A stretch of 64,000 bases of DNA from Chiloscyllium plagiosum (taxonomy: Eukaryota): the NCBI RefSeq assembly GCF_004010195.1, contig NC_057754.1:2264228-2328227 (forward strand), given 5' to 3'. The notes beneath the pieces were generated by a model. The model was not told the DNA's origin and searched no databases. It saw only the letters and a program-made list of their open reading frames with translations. A program made the position numbers and the translations under genes. Shown here piece after piece: positions 1 to 12,729 of this stretch. How positions within the stretch are numbered: the stretch's first letter is position 1; each line of letters begins with the position of its first letter.

Positions 1-1665
1 CCAGGCCCACTGTCTGACAACACCCTGGGCCCACTGTCCGACCCCGCGTAAGCCCACTGTCTGACCCTGCTCCAGGCCCACTATCCGACCCCGCCCCAGG
101 CCTACTGTCTGACCTCACCCCAGACCCACAGTCTGACCCCGCATAGGCCCACTGTCCGACCCTGCCTCAGGCCCACTGTCCGACCCCGCCCCGGGCTCAC
201 TGTCTGACCCCGCCTCTGGCCCACTGTCCTCCCCCGCCCCTGGCCCACTGTCTGACCCCCGCCCCGGGCCCACTGTCTGACCCCGCCCCAGGCCTAGTGC
301 CACTGTCCGACCCCACCACGGGCCCATTGTCTGACCCCGCATGCGCCCACTGTCTGACCCTGCCTCAGGCCCCCTGTCCGACCCAACCCCGGGCCCACTG
401 TCTGACCCCGCATGGGCGCCTGTCTGACCCTGCTCTGGGCCCACTGCCCGACCCTGCCCCGGGCCCAGTGTCTGACCCTGCTCCAGGCCCACTGTCCGAC
501 CCCGCCCCAGGCCCACTGTCCGCCTCCGCCCCAGGCCCACTGTCCGACCCATCTCTGGGCCCACTGTCCGACCCCGCATAGGCCCACTGTCTGACCCCGC
601 CCCAGGCCCACTGTCCGACCCTGCCCCAGGCCCACTGTCTGACCTCACCCCAGGCCCACTGTCTGACTCCGCATAGGCCCACTGTCCGACCCTGCCTCAG
701 GCCCACTGTCCGACCCCTCCTCGGGCTCACTGTCTGACCCCGCCCCTGGCCCACTGTCTGCTCCCATCCCATGCCCACTGTCTGCTCGTGCCCCAGGCCC
801 ACTGTCTGCCCCTGCCCCTGCCCCAGGCCCACTGTCTGACCTCACCCCGGGCCCACTGTCTGACCCCGCCCCGGGCCCACTGTCCGAACCTGCCCCAGGC
901 CCACTGTCCGACCCTGCCCCAGGTCCACTGTCTGACCCCGCCTCTGGCCCACTGTCTGACCCCGCTCCGGGCCCACTGTCTGCTCCCGCCCCTGGCCCAC
1001 TGTCCGACCATGCCCCGGGCCCACTGTCCAACCCCGCATAGGCCCACTGTCCGACCCCACCCCAGGCCCACTGTCCGCGTCTGCCCCAGGCCCACTGTCC
1101 GACCCCTCTCTGGGCCCACTGTCCGACCCCGTATAGGCCCACTGTCCGCCCCCGCCCCAGGCCCACTGTCTGACCTCACCCCAGGCCCACTGTCTGACTC
1201 CGCATAGGCCCACTGTCCGACCCTGCCTCAGGCCCACTGTATGACCTTGCCCCAAGTCCACTGTCTGACCACGCCTCTGGCCCACTGTCTGACCCTGCCC
1301 TGGGCCCACTGTCCGACCCCGCTCCGGGCCCACTGTCCAACCCTGCCCCCGGGTGTACTCTCTGACCTCACCCCAGGCCCACTGTCTGACCCCGCATAGG
1401 CCCACTGTCTGACCCTGCCTCAGGCCCAATGTCCGACCCCGCCCCGGGCTCACTGTCTGACCCCACCTCTGGCCCACTGTCCGCCCCCGCCCCTGGCCCA
1501 CTGTCTGCTCCCGCCCCAGCCCACTGTCCGCCCCTGCCCCAGGCCCATTGTCCGACCCCACCCTGGGCTCACTGTCTGACCCCACATAGGCCCACTGTCC
1601 GACCCTGCCTCAGGTCCACTGTCCGACCCCGCCCCATGCCCAATGTCTGACCCCACTCTGGGCCA
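1..1665. repeat. GC-rich minisatellite, 23-24 bp unit (consensus CCAGGCCCACTGTCYGACCCCGCC), ~70 units, runs off the window start
   Basis: GGCCCACTGTC recurs every 23-24 nt. All ORFs here are 8-aa periodic (SDSGPGAG / RTVGLGRG). Confidence 0.97.
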
Positions 1666-1757
1666 CTGGCAGAAGAGGAAAAGGACAGAAGGCAAAAAGA
1701 ATGAAAGGAAAAAGGGAGAAAATGAGTAGATGAGCTTCAGCTGGAGCGTCTAACTCT

Positions 1758-1769
1758 GCCGCCATCTTG
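1758..1769 (-). promoter_or_regulatory. YY1-type motif CAAGATGGCGGC, possibly the 5' end of a minus-strand LINE
   Basis: Plus strand reads GCCGCCATCTTG, the known YY1 consensus often found at retroelement 5' ends. On the minus strand it precedes a pyrimidine tract and then the minisatellite. Confidence 0.4.
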
Positions 1770-1775
1770 CCATAG

Positions 1776-2285
1776 ATTGGACGGGAACTTGAAGGTGGTG
1801 GTTCTGTTGCCCTTGACCTTCTAGATGGAAATGGTCATGGGTGTGGAAGATGTTGACTGAGAATCTTTGATGAATTTCTGCAGTGTATCATGCAGCTAGT
1901 ACACTGCTGATGTTTGTAGATGTGGTGCCAATCAAGCAGGCTACTTTATCCTGGAAGGTGTTGAGCTTCTTGAGTATTGATGGAGTTGCACCTATCCAGG
2001 CAAGTGGGGAATATTCCATCACGCTCCTGACTTGTAGATGGTAGGCAGGCTTTGGTGAGTCAGGAAGTGAGTTACTTGCTGCAGTTTTCCTACCCTCTGA
2101 CCTGCTCTTGTATGTGGTGAGTCCACAAGAGTTTTTGGTCAATGGTAACTCCCAGGATGTTGATACTGAGGAATTCAGTGATGGTAGTACCGTTGAATAT
2201 CAAGGGGCAGAGGTTAGATTGTCTTTTATTGGTGATAGTCAGAGTCTGGCATTTGTGTGGCGCGAATGTTACTTGCCACTTGTCA
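1776..2285 (-). mobile_element. Decayed CR1/L2-group LINE, ORF2 C-terminal region
   Basis: Minus-strand ORF fragments KWQVTFAPHKCQ..INILGVTIDQKLLWTHHI and QVRSVMEYSPLAW..LKKLNTFQDKVACLIG. Confidence 0.85.
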
Positions 2286-2324
2286 TTGTTGTGGTTCATG
2301 TTCGCCGAGCTGGGAATTTGTGTT

Positions 2325-2364
2325 GCAAACGTTTCGTCCCCTGTCTAAGTGACATCCTCAGTGC
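2325..2364 (-). ncRNA. Minimal hammerhead ribozyme motif in the PLE pLTR (family D)
   Basis: Minus strand GCA-CTGAGGA-t-GTCAC-ttagacag-GGGAC-GAAAC-GTT-TGC. It has the core boxes, stem II, palindromic ACGT stem III and a 3-bp stem I. Confidence 0.75.
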
Positions 2365-2997
2365 TTGGGACCCTCCTGTGAAGCGCTTCTGTGATCTTTC
2401 CTCCGGCATTTGTAGTGGTTTGAATCTGCCGCTTCCGGTTGTCAGTTCCAGCTGTCGGTTACCGTGGTCAGTATTTTGGGTCCAGATCGATGTGCTTATT
2501 GATTGAATCTGTGGATGAGTGCCATACCTCTAGGAATTCCCTGGCTGTTCTCTGTTTGGCTTGTCCTATAATAATAGTGTTGTCCCAGCCGAATTAATGT
2601 TGCTTGTCATCTGCATGTGTGGCTACTAAGGATAGCTGGTCGTGTCATTTCGTGGCTAGTTGGTGTTCATGGAGGCGGGTCGTTAGCTGTCTTCCTGTTT
2701 GTCCTGTGTAGTGTTTTGTGCAGTTCTTGCATGGCATTTTGTACACTACATTGGTTTTGCTCATGCTGGGTATCGGGTCCTTCGTTCTGGTGAGTTGTTG
2801 TCTGAGAGTGGCTGTTGGTTTGTGTGCTGTTATGAGTCCTAGTGGTCGCAGTAGTCTGGCTGTCAGTTCGGAAACGCTCTCGATGTATGGTAGTGTGGCT
2901 AGTCCTTTGGGTTATGGCATGTCCTCTTTTCATTGTCTTTCCCTTAGGCATCTGTTGATGAAATTGCGTGGGTATCTGTTTTTGGCGAATACATTGT

Positions 2998-3266
2998 NNN
3001 NNNNNNNNNNNNNNNNNNNNNNNNNNNNNNNNNNNNNNNNNNNNNNNNNNNNNNNNNNNNNNNNNNNNNNNNNNNNNNNNNNNNNNNNNNNNNNNNNNNN
3101 NNNNNNNNNNNNNNNNNNNNNNNNNNNNNNNNNNNNNNNNNNNNNNNNNNNNNNNNNNNNNNNNNNNNNNNNNNNNNNNNNNNNNNNNNNNNNNNNNNNN
3201 NNNNNNNNNNNNNNNNNNNNNNNNNNNNNNNNNNNNNNNNNNNNNNNNNNNNNNNNNNNNNNNNNN
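2998..3266. other. Assembly gap (N run) inside the PLE RT
   Basis: Run of Ns. Confidence 1.
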
Positions 3267-3440
3267 TCTTTGTTGATAGGTTCAACGTCCTGTTGTCTGT
3301 TCTGTATGTCCAGCAGGTTGGCTATTGTTTCTCTGGCTAGGGTTTTGTCGATAGAGTTGAACAGTGCCATTACATCGAATGAGACCATGGTTTCTTCCTT
3401 GTCTATGTGTATATTTCTGATGATGTCCAAGGATTCCTGT

Positions 3441-4022
3441 CTAGATCTCCTTGCATTTTAACATGGACTGTTTCAGTATCTGAGCAGTTGCAAATGGTGC
3501 TGAACATTGTGCAATGATTGGCAAACATCCCCACTTCTGATCTTATGAGGGAAGGTCATTGATGAAGCAGGTATAAATGGTTGGGCCTAAGACATTAACT
3601 CCTGCAGAGATGTCATGGAGCTGAAATGACTGACCTCCAACAACCATGACCATCTTCCTATCTGCCAGGTATAACTCCAACCAGCAGAGAGTTTGCCATC
3701 TGATACTTATTGATTCCAGTGTTGGTAGGGTTCCTTAGCGCTGCACTTGATTGAATGCAGACTTGATATCAAGGGCTATCACTCTCACCTTCCCTCTGGA
3801 ATTTGGCTGTTTTGTCCATGTTTGAACCAAGGCTGTAATGAGGTCAGGAACTGAGTGGAACCCAAACTTGGCGTCAAGGAGCAGGTGTTGCTTAATAGCA
3901 TTATTGATGGCACCTTCCATTATTTTACTGATGATCGAGAGGAGACTGATGGAAAGGTAATTGGCCAGGTTGGATTTATCCTGCTTTTTATGAACAGAAC
4001 ATACCTCGCCAATTTTCCACAG
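3441..4022 (-). mobile_element. Continuation of the CR1/L2-group LINE (RT region)
   Basis: ORF 3735-3920: LLDAKFGF..PDLITALVQTW..VRVIALDIKSAFNQV (RT motif). Confidence 0.85.
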
Positions 4023-4357
4023 TGTTATAGGATATAATTAGCCTAATTAACCATTACTAGTAAAGTTCTTGTTGAGTGTTATGCGTTCACCCAGTCCTCC
4101 TTTTTGTTTCCTGACTTAATTGAGACTGATAGGCAGTAACAATGACACCGTTTCCCCAATCACCTCCACACACCGTGCCTTCCGCCGCCCATTACCACTA
4201 CCACTCACACACACCCTGACAGCTGCTGAACATACATCAGTTAAAAACCACCCTAGTTGATTAGCCATTGGTGCTGCAGAGATGATTTAAAGTTATTTAT
4301 GTCTCCTGTGATTTTCATTTCATCAGATTGACTTGGAACTCAGAAGACTGTCTGATA

Positions 4358-4990
4358 ATCATAGAGTCATGCAACACAGAAACAGACCCTTCAGTCTTAA
4401 CTTGCCATTGCCGACCAAGTTTCCCAAACTAAGCAAGGCCCATTTGTCTGCACTTGGCCCATATCCTTCTAAACCTTTCCTGTTCATGCATCTGACCATA
4501 TGTCTGTTAAATGTTGTAATTGTACCTGCATCTACCACTTCCTGTGGAAGTCCATTTCCACATACGCATAACCCTCTGTGTTAAAACGTTGCCCGTCAGG
4601 TCCCTTTTAAATCTTTCTTCTCTCAACTTAAAAATATGCCCCCTCGTTTTGAAATCCCGACTCTAGGGAAAAGACCTTTGCTATTAACCTTATGATTATA
4701 TAAATCTCTATAAGATCACTCCTCAACCTCCTACACTCCAATGAAAAAAGTCCCAGCCTATGCAGCCTCTCCTTCTAACCCGAGCCCTCCAGTACTGGCA
4801 ACATCCTAGTAAATATTTTCTGAACTCTCTTCTGAACTCAATTTAATAATACACTCCCTACAGCAGGGCCACAACTGCACACAATATTCCTGAAGTGGCC
4901 TCACCAACATCTTGTACAACCTCAGCATGATGTCTCAACTCCCATACTCAATGGTCTGAATAATGAAGGCAAGTATGCTAAATGCTATTA
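4358..4990 (-). mobile_element. CR1 (HER1-like) LINE 3' fragment
   Basis: Tail CATAGAGTCAT..AAACAGACCCTTC and body similar to the CR1 copies at 14767 and 45229. Confidence 0.85.
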
Positions 4991-5039
4991 CAACCCAACT
5001 GTTCATACATATATCTGAGATCTCTCTACATAATTGCTT

Positions 5040-5615
5040 CTCAGTTTCCTGTCGATTATTGGGAGGAGGCCTCTTAATATAATTCTATCAAGGTGATCAT
5101 GCCCTTATTTCTGAGATCCATCTATTCACTGGACAATCCCTCAGGAATATCCTCCTAAGTACAGCCGTAATGTTTTCCCTAAACAAGAATGCTACTCCCC
5201 CTGCCCTCTTGCCTCCCTTTCCTTCCTATCACATCTATAACCCAGAATATTGAGCTGTCAGTCCTATTCCTCCCTCAGCCATGCTTCTTCAAAGCTATGT
5301 TGTCCCAGTCCCATGTTCCCATACATGCCATAAGTTCATCCACCTTACCTGTCAGACCCCTTGCATTGAAATAAATGCAGTTTAACTCTTAAGTATTACC
5401 TCTTTCTCTAACTTGATGTTGCTTGTCTTGTCTAATTAACTTGCTCTCTTTCACTTCAAAACTATCCTCATCTATCTTTCCATTCTCACTATTCTTTTAG
5501 ATCCCTCCACACGTCCTTCCTGCTAGTTTAAAGGTTCCTGAATGGAACTAGCAAAGCTCTCCACCAGGATATTGGTCATCTTCCAGTTCAGGTGAAACCC
5601 AGCCCTTTTGAACAG
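5040..5615 (-). mobile_element. CR1 ORF1 C-terminus (esterase-like) and ORF2 AP-endonuclease start
   Basis: Minus-strand manual translation FKRAGFHLNWKMTNILVESFA..LN*, then LNCIYFNARGLTGKVDELMA. Confidence 0.75.
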
Positions 5616-6198
5616 ATCTGTTAACCCTGGTTACAACTTTATTTTATATCCTGAAGTGTTCTTATGCACAACTGAATATTTTTCTTCTCCCATCCCCAAA
5701 TCTCCATGACGTTTTTTTGTATTTAATTATAAACTGCCACTAGTAAATCACCTGTTTAGCCAACTGTATATTTACTAACAAAGCCCATTAAGGGCAATGC
5801 GATACAATCAGAAGGTGAAGAGGTGGTGGGGAGAGAGGGAAGGGGCTAAATCATAATGGTGTTATCCTGTTCCACAAGTCGTCACAAAATGTATAAATAT
5901 ATAAAATCCCAGTGACACTACCAAAATTTGCCTATCTGACAGGTTTCTTCAGTAGCAGTAAAGTAAAAGCAGTGAAAATAATTTCTAATGTATTCTAAAT
6001 AAACTATCTTCCTTCAATACATCACTCTCATACTCTCACACACTTACTTACACACTCTCACTCAATCACGTCTACCATGGGTGGGAAAACAAAATAGACA
6101 GGGTAGACAAAATTCTGAAGATCAAACATCCACACCACAAGGTAGAAAGATTTTTTCCTCATAGTCTTTCTGATTTTTGTTATAATGACCTTAATATA

Positions 6199-6511
6199 TT
6201 AGATTAGATTACATTACAGCATGGAAACAGGCCCTTCGGGCCAACAAGTCCACACCAACCCGCTGAAGCGCAACCCACCCATACCCCTACATTTACCCCT
6301 TACCTAACACTACGGGCAATTTAGCATGGCCAATTCACCTGACCTGCACATCTTTGGATTGTGGGAGGAAACCGGAGCACCCGGAGGAAAACCACACAGA
6401 CACAGGGAGAACGTGTAAACTCCACACAGTTAGTCACCTGAGGCGGGAATTGAACCCAGGCCTCTGGCGCTGTGAGGCAGCAGTGCTAACCACTGTGCCA
6501 CCGTGACGCCC
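6199..6511 (-). mobile_element. HE1-type V-SINE
   Basis: tRNA-like head (TGGCACAGTGG..GGTTCAATTCC), V-domain (GTGTGGAGTTT..GTGCTCCGGTTTCCTCCCACA) and CR1-like tail with (TAATC)n. Confidence 0.93.
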
Positions 6512-7006
6512 ACCGTGACTGCAAAGTGGCAGTTGTCCTTTGATTTATTAGTTGATTAGATGAACTTCGGTTTTTTAATGTACAAACTCTTACTTTTAAG
6601 TTTTCTTGGGTTTTCTGTCTTTTCCTCACGCAAAGAGAGTGAGAGATGGCTGTTGTCTGTCTGCAGACTCGGGATATTTCTTCTACCCTGCTGTGTTTGG
6701 CACACTCACCTTTTTAACACTCTGCAGCTCAACCCATCACAGCGCTCATGTCAGGTATGTTTCCCTAACTTGAAAGATTCTTGGTGCCAGTCAGCCTTGA
6801 AATTTGCTTTGTAATGCTTCCAAAAAGCAACGTGGTATTGCGTCGATCAACAATATGCAACACCTGAGTTTGAAGTTGCAAAGTTTGCCTAATTTTCCAA
6901 TGATAGCAGTCCAATTTCCATTTCTGTTTATAGTCCAAAGCTGAAAAGAAAATGTGGTACCCTACATAATCATTCATGGGATTTTGGGCATTGCTGTCTT
7001 GGACAG

Positions 7007-7338
7007 TTAGATTAGATTCCCTACAGTATGGAAACAGGCCATTTGGCCCAACAAGTTCACACCAACCCTCCGAAGAGTAACCCACCCAGACCCATTCCCC
7101 TACCCTATATTTATCCCTGACTAATGCGCCTTACACTGTGGGCATCTTGGCATGGCCAAATCAATTAACCTGCACATCTTTGGACTGTGGGAGGAAACTG
7201 GAGCACCTGGAGGAAATCCACACAGACACAGGGAGAATGTGCAAACGTCACACAGACAGTTGCCCGAGGCAGGAATCGAATGCAGGTCCCTGGCGCTGTG
7301 AGGGAGCAGTGCTAACCACTGAGCCACCATACCGCCCC
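7007..7338 (-). mobile_element. HE1-type V-SINE
   Basis: Same head, V-domain and tail. The 5' end has a short duplication (GAGCCACCRTRCCRCCCC twice). Confidence 0.92.
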
Positions 7339-7499
7339 AGAGCCACCGTGCCACCCCAGTGTTAATTGCTATTTGTAGTTTGGAGGGGAACTCATAGATG
7401 GGAGTGTTCCTACCCATTATTTCATTTGACATGTCACTTTAACAATACTGCTACCTATACAACAATGGATCTATCAATGTTATGGCAAAGAAAGATGCC

Positions 7500-7825
7500 A
7501 TATTGGTCATTGGGTCTGTGCTAGCTGAATAAGTTAGCTGCTCATTTTAATCTCACTTGCCAGAACCTGGTCCAGTGCAGATTCGGGTTCTTTTGAAATG
7601 AGTTGAAGATTGCTGCCTCAAACACCAAATTCCAGATAGCTCCACACTCTGGGTGAAAATGTATTTTCTCACATCCCCTCTAAACTTTCTCCCAAACATC
7701 ATAAATTTGTGCCCCCTGGCAACTGACCTCTCTGTCTTCCCTGTCCTTGCTATCCAAAGCCCACATTATATTGTAAGTCTCAATTAAGTCACCCCTCAAC
7801 CACCTCTGTTATAAGGAGAAAAACT
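7500..7825 (-). mobile_element. Old CR1 3' fragment
   Basis: Degenerate ACTCTGGGTGAAAA..CACATCCCCTCTAAA..AAGTCACCCCTCAAC, matching the CR1 3' region. Confidence 0.6.
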
Positions 7826-8164
7826 CCAATCAACTCAATCTTTAAGTTAGAGCACTTCTTCTTACTTCCTTTGTTCATTCCTCTCCATGTTGAGGATAAC
7901 CTGCTGGGTTGTCCCGTGCTGTTTGAGATCTTTCTTCCCCAATGCACTGTCTTACATTGCCAGGAACAGTAGCTGTACTGTGTATTACCATCTGATTAGC
8001 AAAATAAAGCTCACAACCATCTTGTGATTCAGTCGATCATTAATATGATATATTACTGAGCTATGACTGAGGTTATGTGGGATTTGGGTTCAATACTTGA
8101 CCTATGCAGAGCTGTGCATCTCATCTACATCTGTGACTATATTTGGTAGCAATGTAAGAGACAC

Positions 8165-8470
8165 TTCATCCTCGGACAAGCCAAACAGAGACACATACGA
8201 GAATTCCTAGATTCCAATCGGATGTCTATCAATAAACAAATTGAGTTGGACTCCATTTACCACCCCTGAAAAAAAAACAGGAAATGATATCACCATAGGA
8301 CAACATCATCACAGGAAATGACATCACTAACCAGAAGAAACCCAAACATTTAAATAGAAAGCAAGAACCATCAGCAGTGCTTCACCTGGAGGCTCACTGA
8401 AGATGTTACCTTGTATGGTGACAAAATGTCTGAAAATGAACCTTTCAGCTCAAATCTTCTCAAAATTCGC
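8165..8470 (+). mobile_element. PLE 3' remnant (related to family D) with a degenerate hammerhead
   Basis: Translates ILGQAKQRHIREFL..SINKQIELDSIY. It contains TCA-CTGAAGA-t-GTTACC-ttgtat-GGTGAC-aaaatgtc-TGA at ~8394-8433. Confidence 0.8.
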
Positions 8471-8756
8471 TTACACTGCAGCCAATTTGCACACAGCCAG
8501 GAGAGCCAGCAACGGTAATTTCCATTTGAGAAGTTAGTTGTGAGGGACCTTCTTGAACTGCTACAGTCTGTGTGATGTTATAGTTATTAGAGAGGGGAGT
8601 TTCAGAATGTCAAGTCAGTGACAGTGAAGAAACAGCAATTTAGCTCCAGGTTGGGATGGTGTATGACTTGGAGAGAAATTTGTAGGTGGTCACGATGCCA
8701 AGTATCTGCTGACCCTGTCCTGGAGGTGGCAGAGGTTACGGGTTTGGCAGTTGCTA

Positions 8757-8887
8757 GGAGAAAGTGAGGACTGCAGATGCTGGAAATTGGAGTGAAAAAA
8801 TGTGGCACTGGAAAAGCACAGCCGGTTAGGCAGCCTCCAAGGAGCAGGAGAGTCGATGTTTCGAGCATTAGCTCTTCATCAGGAATG
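8757..8887 (-). mobile_element. PLE pLTR fragment (family A) with hammerhead; 14-bp degenerate TSD
   Basis: Minus strand CATTC-CTGATGA-a-GAGC-taat-GCTC-GAAAC-ATC, ending CTCACTTTCTCC. Flanks are GTTTGGCAGTTGCT (8742) and GTTTGGAAGTTCCT (8887). Confidence 0.85.
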
Positions 8888-8936
8888 TTTGGAAGTTCCT
8901 GTTGAATGAGCCTAGGTGAGTCACTGCAATGCATCT

Positions 8937-9709
8937 ACACAACAATAACAATCTCTCCCTCAGTGTCAGCAAAACAAAAGAACTGATCATTGACTTCAGG
9001 AAGAAAGGAAGAAGACATGCCCCAATCTACATCAACGGAGCTGAAGTGAAGAGGATCGAGAGCGTCACGTTCCTAGGAGTGACAATCAACAATCTGTCCT
9101 GGACTTCCCACATAGATGTTTTGATCAAGAAGGCACAGCAATGCCTCTTCTTCCTCAGGCAGCTTGGAAAATTAGGCATATCCATAAGGACCCTCACCTT
9201 TTTTTTACAGATGCACCACAGAAAGCATTCTATCCAGGTGCATAATGGCCTGGGAAGGCAATAGCTCTGCCCAGGGCCATAAGAAACTACAGAAAGTTGT
9301 GTGCACAGCCCAGACCACCACGGATCCAACGTCCCATCCACGGACTCCGTTTACACTGCTTGTTGCCGGGAAAGGCTGCCAACATTATCAGAGACCCCTC
9401 GCACCCCGGTAATGCTGTCTTCCAACTTCTTCCATCAGGCAGAAGATACAGAAGCTTGAACACATGTACCAAAAGATTCAAGAACAGTTTCTTTCCTGCT
9501 TTAATTAGACTGCTGAATGGACCTCTCTAATTTCAAATAATGCTGATCTTGCTTTAGGCACCTCCTGTGCAACTGTAACCTTGTATGCCTCACTCTGCCT
9601 AAGCACCCTATGATCTGTATGTCCTTGTTTGCTTTGATTCGTCTGTACTGCTCGCAAAACAAAGCTTTTGACCTTACTTAGGTACATGTGACTACAATAA
9701 GTCAAATCA
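8937..9709 (+). mobile_element. Rex1/Babar LINE 3' fragment
   Basis: NNLSLSVSKTKELIIDFRK..VTFLGVTI..KKAQQCLFFLRQL and KAANIIRDPSHPG..LLPSGRRYRSL..RFKNSFFP. Confidence 0.9.
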
Positions 9710-11566
9710 TGGCTGCCATGTGAAGGGATTGAATGTTTAAGACAGTAGATGAGGTGCTGACCAAGCAGGCTGCTTTGTCCTGGGTGGTATATTGTAGCTT
9801 CTTGAGTGTTGTTGGAGCTGTACTCATCCAGATGAGTTGACAGTACTCTACGACACTCCTGACTTGAGCTTTGTAGCTCATGGGCAGGCTTTGAGGAGTC
9901 CAGAGATGTGTTATTCAGTGCAGAATTTCCAGACTCTGATCTGTTCTTGTCGCCACGGCATTTATATGGCTAGTCCAGTTCGATTCCGGGACAGTCATAA
10001 TCCCCAGTATTCTGATAGTGGGACATTTGGTGAGGCTAATGCCATTGAATGTCAAGGGAGGAAGCTTAGACTCTTGGTGGAAATGGTCATTTCCTGGTGC
10101 CTGTTTAGTTTGGATATTACTTGGAATACAACCAATCTAAACCTGAATGCTGTCCTGGTCTTGCTGCATTTGGACACAGCCTGTTTCAGTACCTGAGGAG
10201 TCACGAATGAAACTGAGCACTGCAATCATCAGCGAACATCTCCACTTCGAACCTTATGATGGAAGGAAAGTCATTGATACAATAGCTCTTGATGGTTTAA
10301 CCCAGGTTACTTTTCTGTGGAATTCCTGCTGTAATGACCAGGGGCTGAACTATTGGCTTCCAAAAACCACAACTGGGCTGGAAGTGCATGTTGCAATCCA
10401 TGCTGCGTATGTGCAATCCCCCCCCCACCTCCTCCTTTGGCCAAATTATCCACTTTTACTCAGGTTGCCATGGGAAATGCCTACATTTCAGTATGGGAGA
10501 GGCTCACTGACTTCAAATGAACAGGACTCTGGTGAAAATAAGTGGTTTAAAACAGGAAGAAGACAAACTGACCAAAAGTAGAACAGGGTAAAAGGCATAA
10601 AAGTGTAATGCATTTGCACAGCTTTCAGTAAAAGGATCACAGGAGGATAGGAACACTGTGCCCCAAAGGAGGTTGCACTCGGCTGTATACTCATGTTTCT
10701 TTTGTGCTCAGTAAGAGAGGAAACTAACAGCATAAACTGCCTGTGTAACCTTGTGCCTGACGCCTCAGAATGGACAATAAATGCTTGCTCAGAAATTCAT
10801 AGATTGTTTACCTGGCTCAAGCATCCAGCATTGGAGTAGCTATACGGAACAAAATTCAGGGTTAAGTCTTTCAGGCAAAACACAGGAGGAGTGAGGATTG
10901 TACCCCCGTGTAATCTCTGCTTGTTGCCAATGGTTCAGTAATAGTCTGATGTAGTAAAATGTGAATTTCTTTGATTCCCACGCTGGCCAGCAGTTCCCCT
11001 GTGAATACAGCTGCTATTGAATATCTGTTTGAAATTGTGAAAATAAGAGACATTATATTTTAAAGTGGAACAAAGCAATTTTGCTTTACCTTTTATCCAC
11101 ATCCCTGATTAACAGAATCCTATTTTTAAATGAACCAGTTTCATTAGACATGCTCTTCTAAAAACTTAAGTCTTTGCAAATAGCCACCAACATTGCCGAC
11201 AGTGTGAGAGAGCTGCATCATCTTTATAGATGTGGGATGCGTCATGCAGTGTTAGCTAGGAGGACTTTATTGAACACATTGAAAATCTTCAATGGATTTG
11301 ACAGAAAAAAGGACTTGACAGTTGTGAGACATTTTACAAATTATTTACAAGAGGTGATATTCAGTCTTTTTGACCTAAAAAATATTGCAGTCTTTCCCTG
11401 AAGATAGTAATAGTGGGTTACAGTTCCTTGGCCTCCCTGGTACATTAATCCTAGAATCACAGTTCTTTCATCACATAACAAGGCCATTCACTCCATCCGA
11501 ATACTCTATCAGCTCGAAGCAATGACTCTATGAGAGACTGAACTCTTTGGACACTTTCCAAGGACC

Positions 11567-12310
11567 AGAAACATATGAGCAAGGTACAGGAATACATCAC
11601 TTGGCCCTTTGAGCCTCCTCCACCATTCAATAAGCTAATGGCTGATCTGATTTTAACCTCCACTCCATTTCCCGCATACCCCTCTCATAATCTTAATCCC
11701 CTCAGTAATCAAGAATCTATCTACCTCAGCCTTAAAAACATTTAAAGATTCTGCATCCACTGCCTTTCGAGGAAGGAAATTCCAAAGACGCACACCGTCT
11801 GAGAGTCATAGAGTCATACAGCACAGAAACCGACCCTTCAGTCTAGTCAGTCCATGCTGAGCATAACTCCAAACTAAACTGGTCCCACGTGCCCCCTCCT
11901 GGTCCATACCTCTCCATATCTTTCCTAGAAAAAATGTTTCCTCATTGCTATCTTAAATGGGAAACCCCTTATTTTTAAACCATGACCTCTAGTTCTAGAT
12001 TCCCTCACAATTGGAAACATCCTTTCAACATCCACTCGTTCAAACTCAAGTGACCTCAAGATATTCTGTGTTTCAATTAAATCACCTCTGACTCTTAACT
12101 CCAAGCTTAGCCTCTCTAGCCTTTCCTTTGAAGGCAATCCAGATATTAGTCTTTGAACAGCTTCCAGTGCCTTAACACCCTTCAGTAAGGACAGTGACGA
12201 GTACTGTACATACTACTGTAGATGTAGTCTCACCAGTGCCCTGTGGAACTGAGACATAACTGCTCTACACTTCCTCTTTCAGTAAGACATAACATTCTAT
12301 TAGCTTTCCT
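11567..12310 (-). mobile_element. Older CR1 3' fragment with a younger CR1 tail (~11800-11925) inserted
   Basis: ORF 11925-12137 LERLSLE..RGDLIET..RTRGHGLKIRG, plus an internal GAGTCATAGAGTCATACAGCACAG tail. Confidence 0.8.
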
Positions 12311-12729
12311 CTCCTCGTTTTGGCCAGAAACATTTGTTTTAGCTGAATCTATAATGGATCTTCCATATTCTTAGTGTTTGTTGTTGTAATGAGGAAAGAT
12401 GTATGATTTAAATGTATTTTGTTTTAAAGTTTGGAATATAACCTAATCGCATAAGGGTTTGGTCGATTTCTATGAAGGGCTTTAATACATAACGAGGTCA
12501 GTCATTTCAGAACCATGATTTTAAAGCAGAGAGCAGCTGACTGAAAAACTCCCAGAGAGTTCATGGAAGTTTGTCGATGTCGTGAGGTTTTACAATAAGA
12601 GACAGAAAATGTAGAAATACAGTAGCTTGCTTTTTGATTGAGTATAATCAAGGATTGATTTTAGATTAGAAAAACGCAGCGATGGAAAGCTTTTGGATTC
12701 ATTTGAAGCAGAACCAACTGAAGATTTTT

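Larger units (their letters stand above)
2286..3440 (-). mobile_element. Penelope-like element (Poseidon-like; family D), 5'-truncated: RT, GIY-YIG endonuclease and pLTR
   Basis: RT motif MVSFDVMALFNSI and thumb VFAKNRYPRNFINR. Manual translation gives NVVYKMPCKNCTKHYTGQTGRQLTTRLHEH...AREFLEVWHS..INKH with in-frame stops. It interrupts the LINE at 1776-4022. Confidence 0.92.
8525..10375 (-). mobile_element. Decayed CR1/L2-group LINE hosting a PLE fragment and a Rex1 insertion
   Basis: Segments 8525-8756, 8888-8936 and 9710-10375 resemble 1776-4022 and 12730-13052 (e.g. AAGCAGGCTGCTTTGTCCTGG, AACATCTCCACTTC). Confidence 0.75.

Noticed and set aside
115..1695. Long ORFs up to 247 aa on both strands
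   Set aside because: Translations of the 24-bp minisatellite. They are open in many frames with no unique domain or splice context.
5620..7440. Possible LTR-like or non-autonomous element hosting two V-SINEs
   Set aside because: Could not define termini or a TSD.
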